Positions 51,481-64,000 of a DNA stretch of 64,000 nt are shown piece by piece (the stretch's first letter is position 1; each line of letters starts with the position of its first letter). The position numbers and the translations under genes are program-made. Source of the stretch: Lama glama. Lineage: Eukaryota. The stretch covers positions 56,236,001 to 56,300,000 of the forward strand of contig CM052817.1 in assembly GCA_028534125.1 (NCBI GenBank). Direction: 5' to 3'. The notes under the pieces were generated by a model. That model saw only the letters and a program-made list of their open reading frames with translations, ran no database searches and was not told the DNA's origin.

Positions 51481-53099
51481 TTTGACAGTGCTGCTGCTGC
51501 TGCTGCTCCCAACTGCTAGGTGAACACTCTCCTTATGGCGTGGTGTTTTGCCTAGGTCTTCCCTAACGGAGTCCCTGGTCTAATATACCCAATATTAATG
51601 TTCATTTTTCTGCCTTTTTCCTCTGTAGTTATATTTCCCTTGGGAAACTCATGGAATTGTTATGAACGAATCTGAACAGTTTGTACCAGACATTTGTATC
51701 TGGTCTTCTGGACTGACTTGGAACATTTTATTCACTTCTCCAATTCCAAGGATTCCTGAGATGAGTCTGTTAGAGTTTGCAGTTTCTCTTTAAATCATTG
51801 TAATATAAAATGCCTCTGTATTCTAATATTTAGCCTTACTTTCAATTTATTTTCCTCAGTTAACCAAGTATTCAGTGGTGATTTGTGTCCCTGCTCATTT
51901 CTAGCAGAATTTTGTCCTAGTAGTTTTATCTGTTGAATTGATGTAGAAACTGAACAGGTCAGTGGTAGACAAGTAAGAATCTGCTCAGTAGATAGTTCCC
52001 TGGAATCTCATGACTAGAGATCTGTGTTTATTATTTTTGAAAACTTGTTTCCTAGAATTATGGTTAGACATTAGGGTAAATAGAATTCTTTTCTACAAGA
52101 TAAAGGTGGCCTTCTGTGCTCTTTTAGTCAGATGTTAGGGTTGTAGCAGTGATCTGGGGCTAGTTGAGTTTGTATTTGTACAGGGCAAGAAAGAAACCTT
52201 CAATTCTTCATCAACTTCACATTAAAGAGAAATTCTGCCAAGACTTTTGTAATCTCTTAGCTATAGTTTACCACATTTTTCCCATAAGTTTTTTTTCCCC
52301 TTCCCCTTATGTATCTTTAAATTTTAAAATTGTCTTGATTAAATTATCCCAGAACATTAATTCACACATGTGAATAATCTTTATTAATGTGAATTGAGCA
52401 GAACTATTTGAATAACTGGCAGTGTAAAGAAATACAATTAATGTACTTATTTTTTTTATCATGGATAGTAGTAAGAGTTTTGACTTTAGCTATCTCACAT
52501 ATATTTTAAAAATGGAAAGTGAGAAAGAAAGTAAAAAAACTTAATTATTTGCACATCAAATATTTAGCAAAGCCAGCTACCTATAATACTGCACAGAATC
52601 TAGGCATGAATAAAATGGTTTGGGGAGCAACCAAATTCCAGGTGTCATATCTGAATAGTAGCATAGAGTAAACTTCTTACATACGTGTCTTTCTTATAAT
52701 CCAGAAGTCCAGAGAAGTGTTTGAGTTAGTGTTGTATTTATATAACGGAATGCATTTAGAAAAGAAATGTTTAGGAAAATGGACACCGCAGTAACGGTTT
52801 TAGAGACACCATTATCAAAATCTTCCCTAAAAAGTGTAAGAAGATTCATTAATCGGGACAATGGAGAAATAAATGCACACATCTACTCACCTACTCATAG
52901 AGAGATACAAACAAGTAATCGTTTTCAGACTTGCTCCCTGTTAGAATAGAAATATTTTAAAAGTTTTCATCATTGAAAATCCCTAATCCAAAAATATATC
53001 AATGTAATGTAAGTAAGCAGGAGACACTGCATTCTCAAATTATTTTGATGATAAGGGCCCACATGACGGAATAAGATGCAGCACCTGTAGTTGTACATC

Positions 53100-53910
53100 A
53101 AGTGTCCTTGTAGCTGTAGGTGTCAGAGGCTAAAATGTCCCATAGTGTTCTTGTTTTGTCTCTCCTGTTGCCTTTGGGTTTCCCTAGAGATCTCTTCCTA
53201 AGTGTTGTCTGAGCCTTGCAGGTCTTTTCAGTTGTGTCCTCCTCCTATACAGGCGCCCTATTGATGGGATGGTAAGATGAGGTAGAGAGGTGATGTATAA
53301 TCCTATGATTAGATCTCAGTCTTCTAGTGAGTTTATGCCTCTGGGTTGTGATCTTTATCAGTGTTTCTCAGCCTGTTTGTTTGTTTGTTTCTATTCTTAT
53401 CTAGAGGGGACTGCAATATATCCATTTCATCATGTTGAAGGCTAGAGTGGGCTTGAGTAGAATATTTTGCTACCATCACTCTAGGCACATTTCAAAATGC
53501 TTACTTTTCACCTTCCCTGAGGGAAGCATGAGGGGAATTTTCTCTGATCTTCACCCTGAGAATTTGGTAGGGCTTCTAGAGTTGAAATTGGCAAAAGTAT
53601 GGGACCCTCCCTGAAGGCTGAGTCTCCAAGAATTTTATGTCTCATACTAGTCTACTCTCAGGTTCCAGGAATTAGTCACTTACCTTTGAAGTATTGCTAC
53701 CCAGTGTTAGCTCCAGCAGCAATTTCTGCTCCCATTTAGGTGTGATTCCCTGTATCTGTCTGTCTCTCAAGTTTCAAGATGGTGGTTTGCCCTGTGAGCT
53801 CAATTCTCTGACTAATATAAGTAGAGTTTCTGGATTCAGTTTGTTGAGCTGTGAAGCTGGGAGTGATGACTTCCAAGTTCTTGATATGTAGGTCTGGAAA
53901 TTGGACATCC
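53100..53910 (-). mobile_element. Ancient L1 5' UTR fragment (L1MCa/b-like)
   Basis: 'tataatcctatgattagatctcagtc', 'tttctctgatcttcaccctgagaatttggtagggctt', 'ggtttgccctgtgagctcaattctctga', 'gggagtgatgacttccaag' resemble the recalled L1MC 5' end, antisense. Confidence 0.7.
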
Positions 53911-53974
53911 ATGGTCTATAATGGACTATTGAATCTTCTGTTTTTGAAGACAATCCCACATCAGTGTTCTAGAA

Positions 53975-54265
53975 CTGCACTGTCCAATATTGTAGCCCCT
54001 AGTCACATGTGTCTATTGAACCCTTCAGTATTGGTTAGTTTGTATTGAGATGTGCTGTGAGTGTTAAATAGAGGAGTTGAAGATTTAGTATAAAACAAAA
54101 GAATGCAAAACATCTCACTGAAAATTTTACATTGATTATATGATGAAGTGGTAATACTTATATATGTTAGATTAAATAAAACATAGAATAAACTTTCTTT
54201 TGACTTTTTTCTAGAAAACTTAATATCTGTAGATGTGGCTTACATTTTCTTTTTATGGCCCATGG
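53975..54265. mobile_element. MER33 hAT-Charlie MITE
   Basis: 'cactgtccaatattgtagcccctagtcacatgtgtctattgaac...gagatgtgctgtgagtgttaaata...aaacatctca...attttacattgatta'. Confidence 0.85.
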
Positions 54266-56632
54266 TCGTCTGAAAAATAAGGAGAGATTGTAGCATAGCG
54301 TTGACAAAAATGGGGCAGATTGCCTTCTCCTTGCCATTCTGAAATTAATTATAGTGTCCTGTTTAGAAGACAACGTGTAACAACTGCGTAATTGCAAAGG
54401 ACAGATATCAGCCAGAGGGCTGTATAAGACCAAAGTTCATTATCCACAACAGAACACACGTAAAGAGTCATCACCTGGTGGCCAATGTTGAGAAGAACTT
54501 ACTGTTGCTTAGGCTGGACATCCACTGGTCTACCAGCGCATGTGAGCCATTGTCCTCTCCACTGTCCCAATAGGCCTAGGCTTCAAAAACCTTCGTAAAT
54601 CCTACTATACAGCCATTTTCCAAGGTGAATCTTAGAGACAGGTGACCGTCTGGCCTGGCAACAGTATGAACATAACAGAATAATGACAGATGCTTTGGTA
54701 ATGATAAGAGTTAAGAGCTACCAGTCAAAGCTACATTTTCAGTTCTAAATTGGATTGCTCTGATGAGGGTAGGGACTTTTCCTTTTTTAACCATTCTTTA
54801 ATACTTAGAAGGTAGCATAACACATATTAAATACTCAACACATATTTATTTAATAAAGAAATAAATGAATAATTTTTCCTTGTTGGTTTTATTTAGTTTC
54901 TAACTCTGTGAATGCTCTGCTCTGCCTTATAGTGGGAGATAAGATGTTTCTAAAATATATTTACTTTGATTAAGATGATCTACAAACTAAAGTACACTTC
55001 AGTTTTCAAATTTTGATCTAAATTTACATGCTTGTCCTGAGATTCAGTGTTTTTTCCCTAGCCAATAAAATAGCGTTATTATTTAGGTTACCTATAACTA
55101 TGTAAGATATGTCCCTAAAAGAATTATTGAAAATACATTAACTAATTAAAATGATGCATATAGTTTTTCAAGTAATATTTGAAAAGTCCTACTATCAGTT
55201 GTGGCATCCAGTATGCCCTGAGCACAGCAAGATATTGTAAATGAAACTGTATCAAACAGAATTCAAGTCCTTTCAAGCTGAGTTATTAAATGTAACCACT
55301 ATAGGCTGATAATACACAAAGAATTAGCACCAATAAGTGGGCAGTTAATAACATAAACTGAGGTGGAAGAACAAAAAGTGGACTGAGTCTGTAACTAAAC
55401 ATTCTATTCAGTGATGCTATGTAGACATTATCAGATGCACTGTAAATGGTATTATTTTGCAAAAGAGAGAATATTCTTGCTTCCTAGGTCCCAAATCTGC
55501 AACAAATTGGGGCTGTCCAGGTGAAGGGAAATACTAACTCAAGCCTTCAGCATCATAAGAATTAAAATTAACAGAGTTATGGGAGCTACACAGGAAAAAA
55601 GTTAAATTCTTGATTTTGTGATCTTTGTTTATTTCCTACATCTCCATTTAGCTTATATTTACAATTTCCTAGGCCTTTAGCTACTAATTCTGCTTTTATG
55701 TTTTATTGTTTTGTAGATTTAATTCATACATCTGATTAAAGGTTATATGTTTAATTTTTGTCTTTTTAGTGCATCACTAGTGTGAATCCCTGTTTTAGCT
55801 TAATCATGTGTGTTGTCATCAAGTTACAAGCTCATATTGTGTTAACAAAGATAAATATGGTGGTTTTATTAAATAAATATTTATTTGACATGTCTTTTTT
55901 CCCCAGTTTGTGGTCGTCTTTCCTGTGAACCAGATAGTTTTGATTCCAATCAAGCAGATGATGTCTCTCAATCACTACTTCCTGCCTTGTGTCATAAGAA
56001 AGTTTCAGGTCTCCGCACTTGAATTTATCAGTCTTTTCATGGAGGACATGGTAAAACAAATTTTGGGGTCTGAGCCATTTATTGACTACACTGCTACCTG
56101 TAATTTATCAGTTTACTTGGTTCTATCTGCCAGAGATATATGGCTCAGGAGATAGCACCATAAAGGAAACAATTATTAAGAAGATAAATGGCCTGAGAGA
56201 AAAATTCAAGTCTCTGGAGTGTGGGACAGAGAGCAGAAAGTTATTCTGGTCAAAGCTTTCATTTGCATCTGTATCTCCAAGCAGTGTTGGAACCCCAGAA
56301 ATAATGTTCCTTAACTCATAGCTTTACCTACCTCTCAACTTAATTCTTGTTCTCTTAGTCATGACTTCAAAGAAGTGCTCCTGGCCTCAAACTGGGATTA
56401 CTTTTACTAGGAAAATTATAATATATTTTGAATTAAAATAAGCAGAATTCATTGAGCATGAGCTTTATCTAAAAACTATCTAAGTCTCTTACAGCATTTC
56501 CTGATATAAGATTTAATGGCAGAAAATGATGGCAGAATATGTAAATACTAAATAGATAAAAAGCTAAATCTGATAGGCCTACATAAATCAATCTACAGTC
56601 AAGAAAAAACAGGCAAATCAAAAAAGAATGAA

Positions 56633-57154
56633 AGAAGGAGCAGAAATTACACCCCCAAATATGTCTCCTTGGTATAAGAATTATTTTTAGGCTGATGATT
56701 ATTTTTAAGAAACAGTAGACACAGGAAAAGCTCTGAAAACAGGGTAGAAGTGACCCTTTGGTAAGGAATATTTACATTTGTAAGAGAACCTCCATTTGTA
56801 AAGGTGTGTCTTCCTCTTTGTACCAGGAGGAGGAGGAAGACCAAATCTCTAGAAACTTTCACCAAAGAAGAAGGTACAGATTTAAATCTGTATAACAGTC
56901 ATACCTTGTTTACTGTTTTTCCTGGTAACCTCCAGTAACTGACCTCCAGCTACTTTGATATCTTTCTTTGTGTTCAGCTTGAGATGGTATTTAAGGTAGT
57001 GACTTGTGCCATTTCTGGGAGTTACTCAGTTTTCCTGAGCATCTCCCAGGTGTATGTGTTATTAAGCTTCTGTTTCTCTCCTGCTAACTTATTACAGGGT
57101 CTCCTCAGCCAAGAACCTGGAAGGGTAGAGGGAAAGTTATTTTTTTCCCCTACA
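56633..57154 (+). mobile_element. Solo LTR, ERV1 MER34-like
   Basis: 'cacccccaaatatgtctccttggtataagaattatttttaggctga...cagccaagaacctggaagggtagagggaaagttatttttttcccctaca'. Confidence 0.85.
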
Positions 57155-57179
57155 GAAGGAAAGGAAGGATGGAAGGAAG

Positions 57180-57637
57180 TATCAACTAAAAATAATGCAC
57201 AACATCAGAACAGTGACTTTCAGTTTTATTTGGGGACCTAACTGAGACTATAGTCTGGAAGACAGCCTGTCAGAAAGCGCTGAGGAACTGCTCCAAAGAG
57301 ATAGGGGAGGAACCTATATATATATACAAATTTTTTGGCTGGGAAATATATGTAGTCAGGCATGAAAAGATTACTGCAAATCACAAAGAAGAGGTATTTT
57401 GAGTTAATGATTTTTTGCTTTGCTATGTATGGGAAGATGCCAAGAATCTGGGGGTCACTGAAATTCTTCCTTAGATACACGTCTTAACTATCTAGGGGCC
57501 CCAAAGCACAGAATGCTTCCTCCCGTTTTTTTCCATCCTGAATTCCTCTCACAGTACACTTCATGGGGTGATTGCAGTGAGTTGTAACCCTTTGTATAAA
57601 TGAATGATGAACAATGTTCTTTGTTCTTTTTGTGTAT
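57180..57637 (-). mobile_element. Solo LTR, ERV1 class (ungulate type)
   Basis: 'aaaaataatgcacaac...ttttatttgggg...gacagcctgtcagaaagcgctgaggaactgctccaaagag...tatgtatgggaagatgccaagaatctgggg'. Confidence 0.8.
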
Positions 57638-58479
57638 GGAAAGAAGGAGGGAATGAAGGAGAGAACGAGGAGGGAGAGAGGGAGTAAGAGAGGGAGGGGA
57701 AGGAACAGAAGAGTGATAGCCTCACATGAATGAGAAAGATTTTTACATTACGAGTGACTTACTCCATAAAAAATGAAATGGCAAAAGATTATGCAATATC
57801 TGGATAATAGTCCTAAAGGAGATTCAAGAGAACATTACCTCTGTTAAATATGAGAAACAGACAGGGATAATGGAGATAATAATAATAATAGACCTGACAA
57901 CCATTAGAGAATACAAGGATGAAAAACTAAGTAACCACCTACATAAATACATAAACAAACAGAAATTAAGTGCACCCTGGGAGAAATAAAATTAGATTTG
58001 TTCTGTAGAAAGTAAATTGTGAATTAGAAGCTAGCATTGAAAAATACTTTCCAAACCAGAGGATGTAAAGTATATCAAAGGGATCAGTAGGTTGCATCTT
58101 GGAGATTCATCTATAAATTATAGTTTTTCCAAAAGTAGAAAACAAGTATGTCAGAAGGAATGCTGCAGTATAAACATAAGTAAAAACTTTTGAGCTGAAA
58201 AAGAAACTGGGCTTGGAAACCATATGCTCTCACACTTTTAAAAGCAGAGTTAAATGAAGCCAGATATAACCTGATTATTGGAAATATTCTTTGAGCATTC
58301 AACATATTCAAAAATGATAAAAACTTCCACATGTAGCTAAGCTGAAAAAAAATCCTAAGTCACATATTCCATCAAGATTTACTGAGCATCTCCTACACCC
58401 CAGACTCTGGAGAGACCAGTAGGGAGGCAGCCATGGTCCCTCCTCTTACAGGCTTTCAAGGGAGCTAAGAGAGCAGCAC

Positions 58480-58660
58480 AGTAATTGCCAGTGTTGACTG
58501 AGCACCTCCTCTGGGCCAGCACTGCTCTGTATGCTTTAGGTATTTAGTCCTCATTATCTGTTTTACAAATGATGAGGCTGAAGTGCAGAGATGTTAAGAG
58601 AGTTGCCAATGTCACGGAATTTTTAAGATGAGGAGTTGGAATTTGAGTAGATTGTCTAGT
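58480..58660 (-). mobile_element. MIR SINE (preceded by an L2 tail at about 58365-58470)
   Basis: 'actgagcacctcctctgggccagcactgctct...ttttacaaatgatgaggctgaagtgcagagatgttaagagagttgcc'. Confidence 0.75.
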
Positions 58661-58879
58661 TCCACTTTCCTGATTTTTTTTTTAATACACCTTAGGAGGG
58701 AAAGAATTTTTAAATTGAGGCCAGCAAATATAGAGTAGATGACTAGGCAGATTTAGGGGAAGGCAGTAGGTGTTTTTTAAGTAGAGAAAATAACTTATTT
58801 CAGACTCTGAAGTAGGAGGAAGTTGAGTTTGGGGGAATGTGGAAGAAGACCCTTTTGGTGAATCTTAAAAGTGTAAGAG

Positions 58880-59480
58880 GCAGAATTCAATGGGATAAAT
58901 GTTGCTTTGACCACTACATTTTAGTGTACTCATCAGCTCCACACTCCAGGCCAATGCCTTAAATATCAGCATGCCCCAGAATTCTTTTCTAATTTCTCTT
59001 TTCTTTATACTCATTTTTCATTGAAGACTTCAGACACTGTCATGATTAAACTATGGTACAGATTGAAATTACTTCAAAAATATCCCTCATTATCCTATTA
59101 CACTAAAAGCTCTCACACTCTCACTCTCTCTTTCTCTCCCCCTCCCCCAACACCCTCCACCTCCTTTCTCTTAAACATAAGTCTGATTGGTCCAACTAAC
59201 TCCTGGCCATTTTCATTTTGGCCATTTTCATTTCATAGCATCTCATCATACCCTAGACTGAAATTATCCCCACCCAAATTTGATTTGCCTCTGATATTCT
59301 TATCATATAACTGAACAGCTCAGGCTATACAAATCCCCAAGAAAGAAGTCTAAAAGTCAACCTTGATTACTCTTCATGATTTACCATGGTCTTACATCAT
59401 AAATCATCAAATTCTGTAGCATCTACCTCCTAGACAGTTACCAAATTCATGCAGCATTCCCATAACCACTGCCAAAGACT
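58880..59480 (+). mobile_element. L2 fragment
   Basis: 'ccttaaatatcagcatgccccagaattc', 'aagtctaaaagtcaaccttgattactc', 'tcatcaaattctgtagcatctacctcc'. Confidence 0.6.
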
Positions 59481-59512
59481 AACATTTTAACATTCATTAT
59501 TACTCATGTGGA

Positions 59513-60798
59513 CTTTTTTATTGAAGTATAGTCAGTTTAGTATGTTGTGCCAAGTTCTGCTATACAGCATAATAGTTCAGTCTGACATATACATACATAT
59601 ATTAATTTTCATATTCTTTTTCATTATAGGTTACTACAAGATATTGAATATAGTTTCCTGTGCCATACAGTATAAACTTGTTTATTTATTTTATTCATTG
59701 TAGATAGTATCTGCAAATCTAAAACTCTCAATTTATCATTTCCCACCCCCTTCCTCCTCTAGTAACCGTAAGTTTTCTATGTCTGTGAGTCTGTTTCTGT
59801 TTTGTAAATAAGTTCTTTCATCTTTTTTTAGATTCCACATATAAGTGATATTATATGGTATTTTTCTTTCTCTTTCTGGCTTACTTCACTTAGAAAGACA
59901 ATCTCCAGGTACATCCATGTTGCTGCAAATAGCATTATTTTATTCTTTTTATGGCTGAGTAGTATTCCATTGTATAAATATACCACAACTTCTTTATCCA
60001 GTCATCTGTCCATGAACACATGGGTTGTTCCCATGTCTTGGCTATTGTAAATAGTGCTGCGTTGAACATTGGTGTGCACATATCTTTTGAATTAAAGTTC
60101 CCTCTGGATATCTGCCCATGAGTGTGATTGCTGAATCATATGGTAAGTTTATTTTTAGTTTTTTGAGGAATCTCCATACTGTTTTCCATAATGGCTGCAC
60201 TAAACTACATTCCCACCAACAGTGTAGGAGGGTTCCCTTTTTTCCACACCCTCTCCAGCATTTATTGTGGAGTTTTTGATGATGTCCATTCTCACTCGTG
60301 TGAGGAGATTCCAGTTTTGATTTGCATTTCTCTGATAATTAGTGATATTGAGCACTTTTTCATGTCCCTGTTAGCCATTTGTAAGTCTTCATTGGAGAAT
60401 TGCTTGTTTAGGTCTTCTGTCCATTTTTGGATTTTTTTTTTAATTATTAAGCTGTTTATATATTCTGGAAATTAAGCCTTTGTCAGTCTCATCTTTTGCA
60501 AATATTTTTTTCTTTTCTGTAGGTTGTCTTTTTGTTTTTCTTTTGGTTTCCTTTGCTGTGCAAAAGCTTTATAAGTTTAATTAGGTCCCATTGGTTTATT
60601 TTTGCTTTTATTTCTTTTGCCTTGGTAGACTGCCCTAGGAGAACATTGCTAAGATTTATATCAGAGAATGTTTTACCTATGTTTTCTTCTAAGGAGTTTA
60701 TAGTGTCTTGTCTTATGTTTAAGTATTCAAGCCATTTTGAGTTTATTTTTGTGTATGGTGTGAGGGAGTGTTCTAATTTCATTGATTTACATGCAGCT
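59513..60798 (-). mobile_element. Lineage-specific L1, about 1.3 kb 3' portion (ORF2 C-terminal part + 3' UTR)
   Basis: Antisense tail ttttttattgaagtatagtcag; minus-strand ORF 60489-60836 contains [17 protein letters not shown]...[11 protein letters not shown]...[12 protein letters not shown] (L1 ORF2); ctcatgtg on both flanks is a probable eroded TSD. Confidence 0.95.
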
Positions 60799-61499
60799 GC
60801 GCTGCTCATGTGTATTACTTTTAGGAAAAACTCCACACTATTCAGATTCTAAATGATCACTTCCTTCCTTTTGTCAGAGGTGGAGCTGAGCTGTAAATTC
60901 CTGAGATGCCAGGTGTTGGGTGTTGAACTAACCAATGAAAACAAACAAACAAAAAATGAAGGTAACAACTAAGCCTTTAGTGACTTCCTGCAATAGTAGA
61001 AAGGAGAGGCTAAACCAGAGAAAGTGTTGATTCCCCCACTGCTTCATTTCCACCCCCCCGCCCCGGGGATGGCACCAGCAGAAGAGCAGGAAGATCTACA
61101 CAGACCCCTACTAAGGGAGCCTGGAACAAAAGGCTCCTGTAGTTTTATGGACCTGTGGGCTGGGAGAGGGGAAGGGGGAAGGGCTAGATGTGAAGAAGTA
61201 CTGAGTTCTGAGTGAGAGAAGAGTGTTTTCAAATTTTCTCTTCCTTTCATTAGATAAAGGCCCCAGGTGGGCTTCTGCTCAGGCTAGGAATGTTGAAATG
61301 CCTAAGAGTTTGGCTGTTGGTGGGTCTGTGCCCTTGACTGCAACTCTTTTTGGAGAATACAGTGAACTAGCTGCACACAGATCTAGTGTGTGGAGGGCAG
61401 CTTTTCCCTGTGAGACCTGTCAGTTATGTCCTTTTTTATATGCCTTTGGTTGGGTCTGAAAAATCGCACATAGGCGTATACATTTTAGCCGGGCACCAG

Positions 61500-61730
61500 A
61501 CTCCTCACCTTTCCTATTCACTTCTCACTGCAGTCTTCCTTGTACGATAGACTCCTGCAATTACCTGCACTTTATGCTCTCTATTTATTCTGCTGCTTCG
61601 GCCTTCCCCACTCCCTTAACTGTTTTTGGCATATTTATCCCCTCATAGTTCAAATCACACTTTAGATAGCAACCTCTCCAGGGATCTTCCCCAACTTGCT
61701 CATTAGACTTCCTCTTGCATTTGGAGCTAG
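61500..61730 (+). mobile_element. L2 3' fragment
   Basis: 'ctttatgctctctatttattctgctg...tagcaacctctccagggatcttcccc'. Confidence 0.5.
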
Positions 61731-63399
61731 GTCAGTCATCATGGTTCCTAACCCTGGGTGCACATCAAAAATTTCTTGTGATTATTGGTGTCCTAGAACT
61801 AATGTTAAGTTAAATATTCTTTCCAGTTTAGTGCTTTCTAAATTTTCTTCAGTATTTACCTATGCCTTGAAAACAAACCACATTTTTTGAAAGTAGTATA
61901 TAATTTCTCCATATAAGGACTTCTGTAAGAAAGAGATAGTTTTCTGTCCTTGGCTGAATAGATCTGTGACACAGGATTCATTTCAGAGCAATTATAATCA
62001 TTAGAAAATTGATTCTCATAATGAACTGAAATCTACTATACTTCCAACTCTTAGGACTTGCTCAACTTTTTGATATCGAATCCTCTTCTGTGTTGGTTTT
62101 TTATAATGGATATTCAGTTATTTGCAAACAGATACCAGTACACCTAATAAGTATTCTCTCCTCCTTCTATAGCTCTTTTTCAGTGTGAATGGTTTTTAGA
62201 TATTTTCCCACTCTGAATATCATTCTTTGATGGGCTCCTATCTCTAAATATCCCTATAAAATGTAATCTTGTGAGTGAACAAAATAGAACTGGTGTAATC
62301 TTAGTTTAATACACTAGAGCTATATTAACTCCTCATTTCTGTTGCTCCTCATTCTTATCTGGATTTAGTACATAGTCCTATAAGTTACATTTCAAATATC
62401 TGAAAAAACACATATATTTCAATACCTTCTTTCCCTTTAACAATACAGATAAGTGAACTATTAAAATATGTGTGCGTATTTGAAGATATAAAATAAAAGT
62501 TTTCCTTTATCATTTTCAGCAAAATAGGCACATCTTTTCTATTTACATTTCTCTACTAATATTTATTCTCTACCTCAGATATAACTTTGTGGTATTATCA
62601 GTAAAGCATATCCTGTGTGGAGCATTCATTGGCATTTATTGGTGCCAGGCTCTGCCAAATTGAACCCAGCCAGAGGAAAAGAAAGACATATTCCAGGAGC
62701 GCAGAGTTGTATGTTATACAAGTGTCAAAGGATGCTAATACAATCCCAATGTGTGTAGTTATGCCATTAACCATCTCTAATAAAAATCATGTTTTAATAA
62801 ATATTTTAAATTGATCTTTTAAAAATTTATTCTGAATGACTATTTCTAATTTTATGATGGAATTCATTGGGAAACTGAATTTGCTTTATAGAAATTCTGT
62901 TAAATATATTTTGATGGTATCCAATAAAAGAAATCAATACTATATGTTTATGTATAACTATATATATATTTCTTCAATGCTATTCAGTCTATCTCTAGTC
63001 TATGAAATAGAAATCATGTGAAAATCAATTTGGTCATTTCCAAGTAAGATTTAATAATCTGGCATGTCAAAAATATTTTACTAAATCCAGCTATAATTCA
63101 TCTGTAACAAAATTACACGTGACTATCGAAGTCTCTTAGCTTTCAGAGGATTTGTACAATCATTTTCATTTAAGGAGAAACAATGCGCCTCCATTGATAG
63201 TGACACTTAAAAGCTATGTATTTACTCTAAAGCAAGGGTATGTAGCTAATTCAAAAAGTAATTTAAATCATATTTTTGAGAAATGAGTTTTTGAAATATT
63301 GCTTATGAAAAGAAATAATTAAAGAAAGGAGAGACACCTTTTAACCATGGCTCTGTTCCAAAGGTCTCTGGATTGGAGGTCAGACTTTCCAACATGGTA

Positions 63400-63610
63400 A
63401 GGATGGAAGGTCCTGGAGACAGACTGACTGGATGCAGAGCTTGCTTTTATCTCTTACTAGATCTGTTGTCTTTTCTCAATTTGACAATGAAAATAATAAT
63501 TGTACCTATCCAAGATGTTTATTGAGAAGATAAAAAATATATATCACATTTAAAACACCTAGTGCAATGTTTGGCACACAGGAGTTACTCAGTAAATGAA
63601 ACCTTTATTA
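63400..63610 (+). mobile_element. MIR SINE
   Basis: 'aatgaaaataataattgtaccta...ttaaaacacctagtgcaatgtttggcacacagg...ctcagtaaatg'. Confidence 0.7.
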
Positions 63611-64000
63611 GCTTTGTAAGGTTGCAAAGACAAAAAAAAGCCTCTGTCCCTTTTCTTACTAAAATGAAATGTTAGCATTTTATCATAATCAATTTGAAAA
63701 TATTTTTAAACAGTGGGACTATAAGATTTAAAAGTGCAGCTTTTTTGAATGAACTTCTTAATACAGTGCCTGTCACATAGAAGGCATTACATATTTTTTT
63801 TTAATGATTAAACAAAGGGCTGGATGTTCTGGAGCTCGAAGCATGTAAACTCCTCATACTGTCCACCTGGGGTTTCCCAAGGCACCCTCTGAGACATCAT
63901 GTGCTAGAATACCATTAGAATAATTGCACCTGATAGTCCTTCAGTTTAGATCTCTTATACATTAGGAGGAGTTACAGCAGGACTGGTAAAGGGCTAGATT

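Noticed and set aside
171..63021. The short ORFs (60-117 aa) in the six-frame track as real genes
   Set aside because: They are low-complexity or lie in repeats, many start at non-ATG codons, and none resembles a cellular protein I recognise. Only the L1 ORF2 pieces and the two MULE pieces (15987-16175, 17007-17216) are informative.
1..64000. CRISPR arrays, operons, rRNA genes or other prokaryotic systems
   Set aside because: No regularly spaced repeats or dense coding; the repeat content is clearly mammalian.

Overview
AT-rich, CpG-poor mammalian DNA from a gene desert or very large intron. A tRNA-derived Vic-1-type SINE and lineage-style L1 3' ends point to a camelid. I could not support any intact protein-coding gene or exon chain. 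Most of the window is decayed interspersed repeats (L1, L2, MIR, solo LTRs, hAT MITEs) plus one 100-N assembly gap. The standout is a heavily decayed but nearly full-length Mutator-like (MULE/MuDR) transposase fossil at about 15950-17245 (+). It has an N-terminal FLYWCH zinc finger and the MULE catalytic-domain motif blocks in the correct order, split across frames. Its N-terminus does not match my recollection of Ricksha, the MuDR family I know from placental mammals, so it may be an undescribed family or a dead domesticated gene. Secondary observations: a 5'-inverted (twin-primed) L1, a CpG micro-island with a palindrome, TGACA-motif clusters in non-repeat DNA, a candidate recursive splice site and nested hairpins. 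Repeat subfamily names are from recalled consensus sequences and boundaries are approximate.
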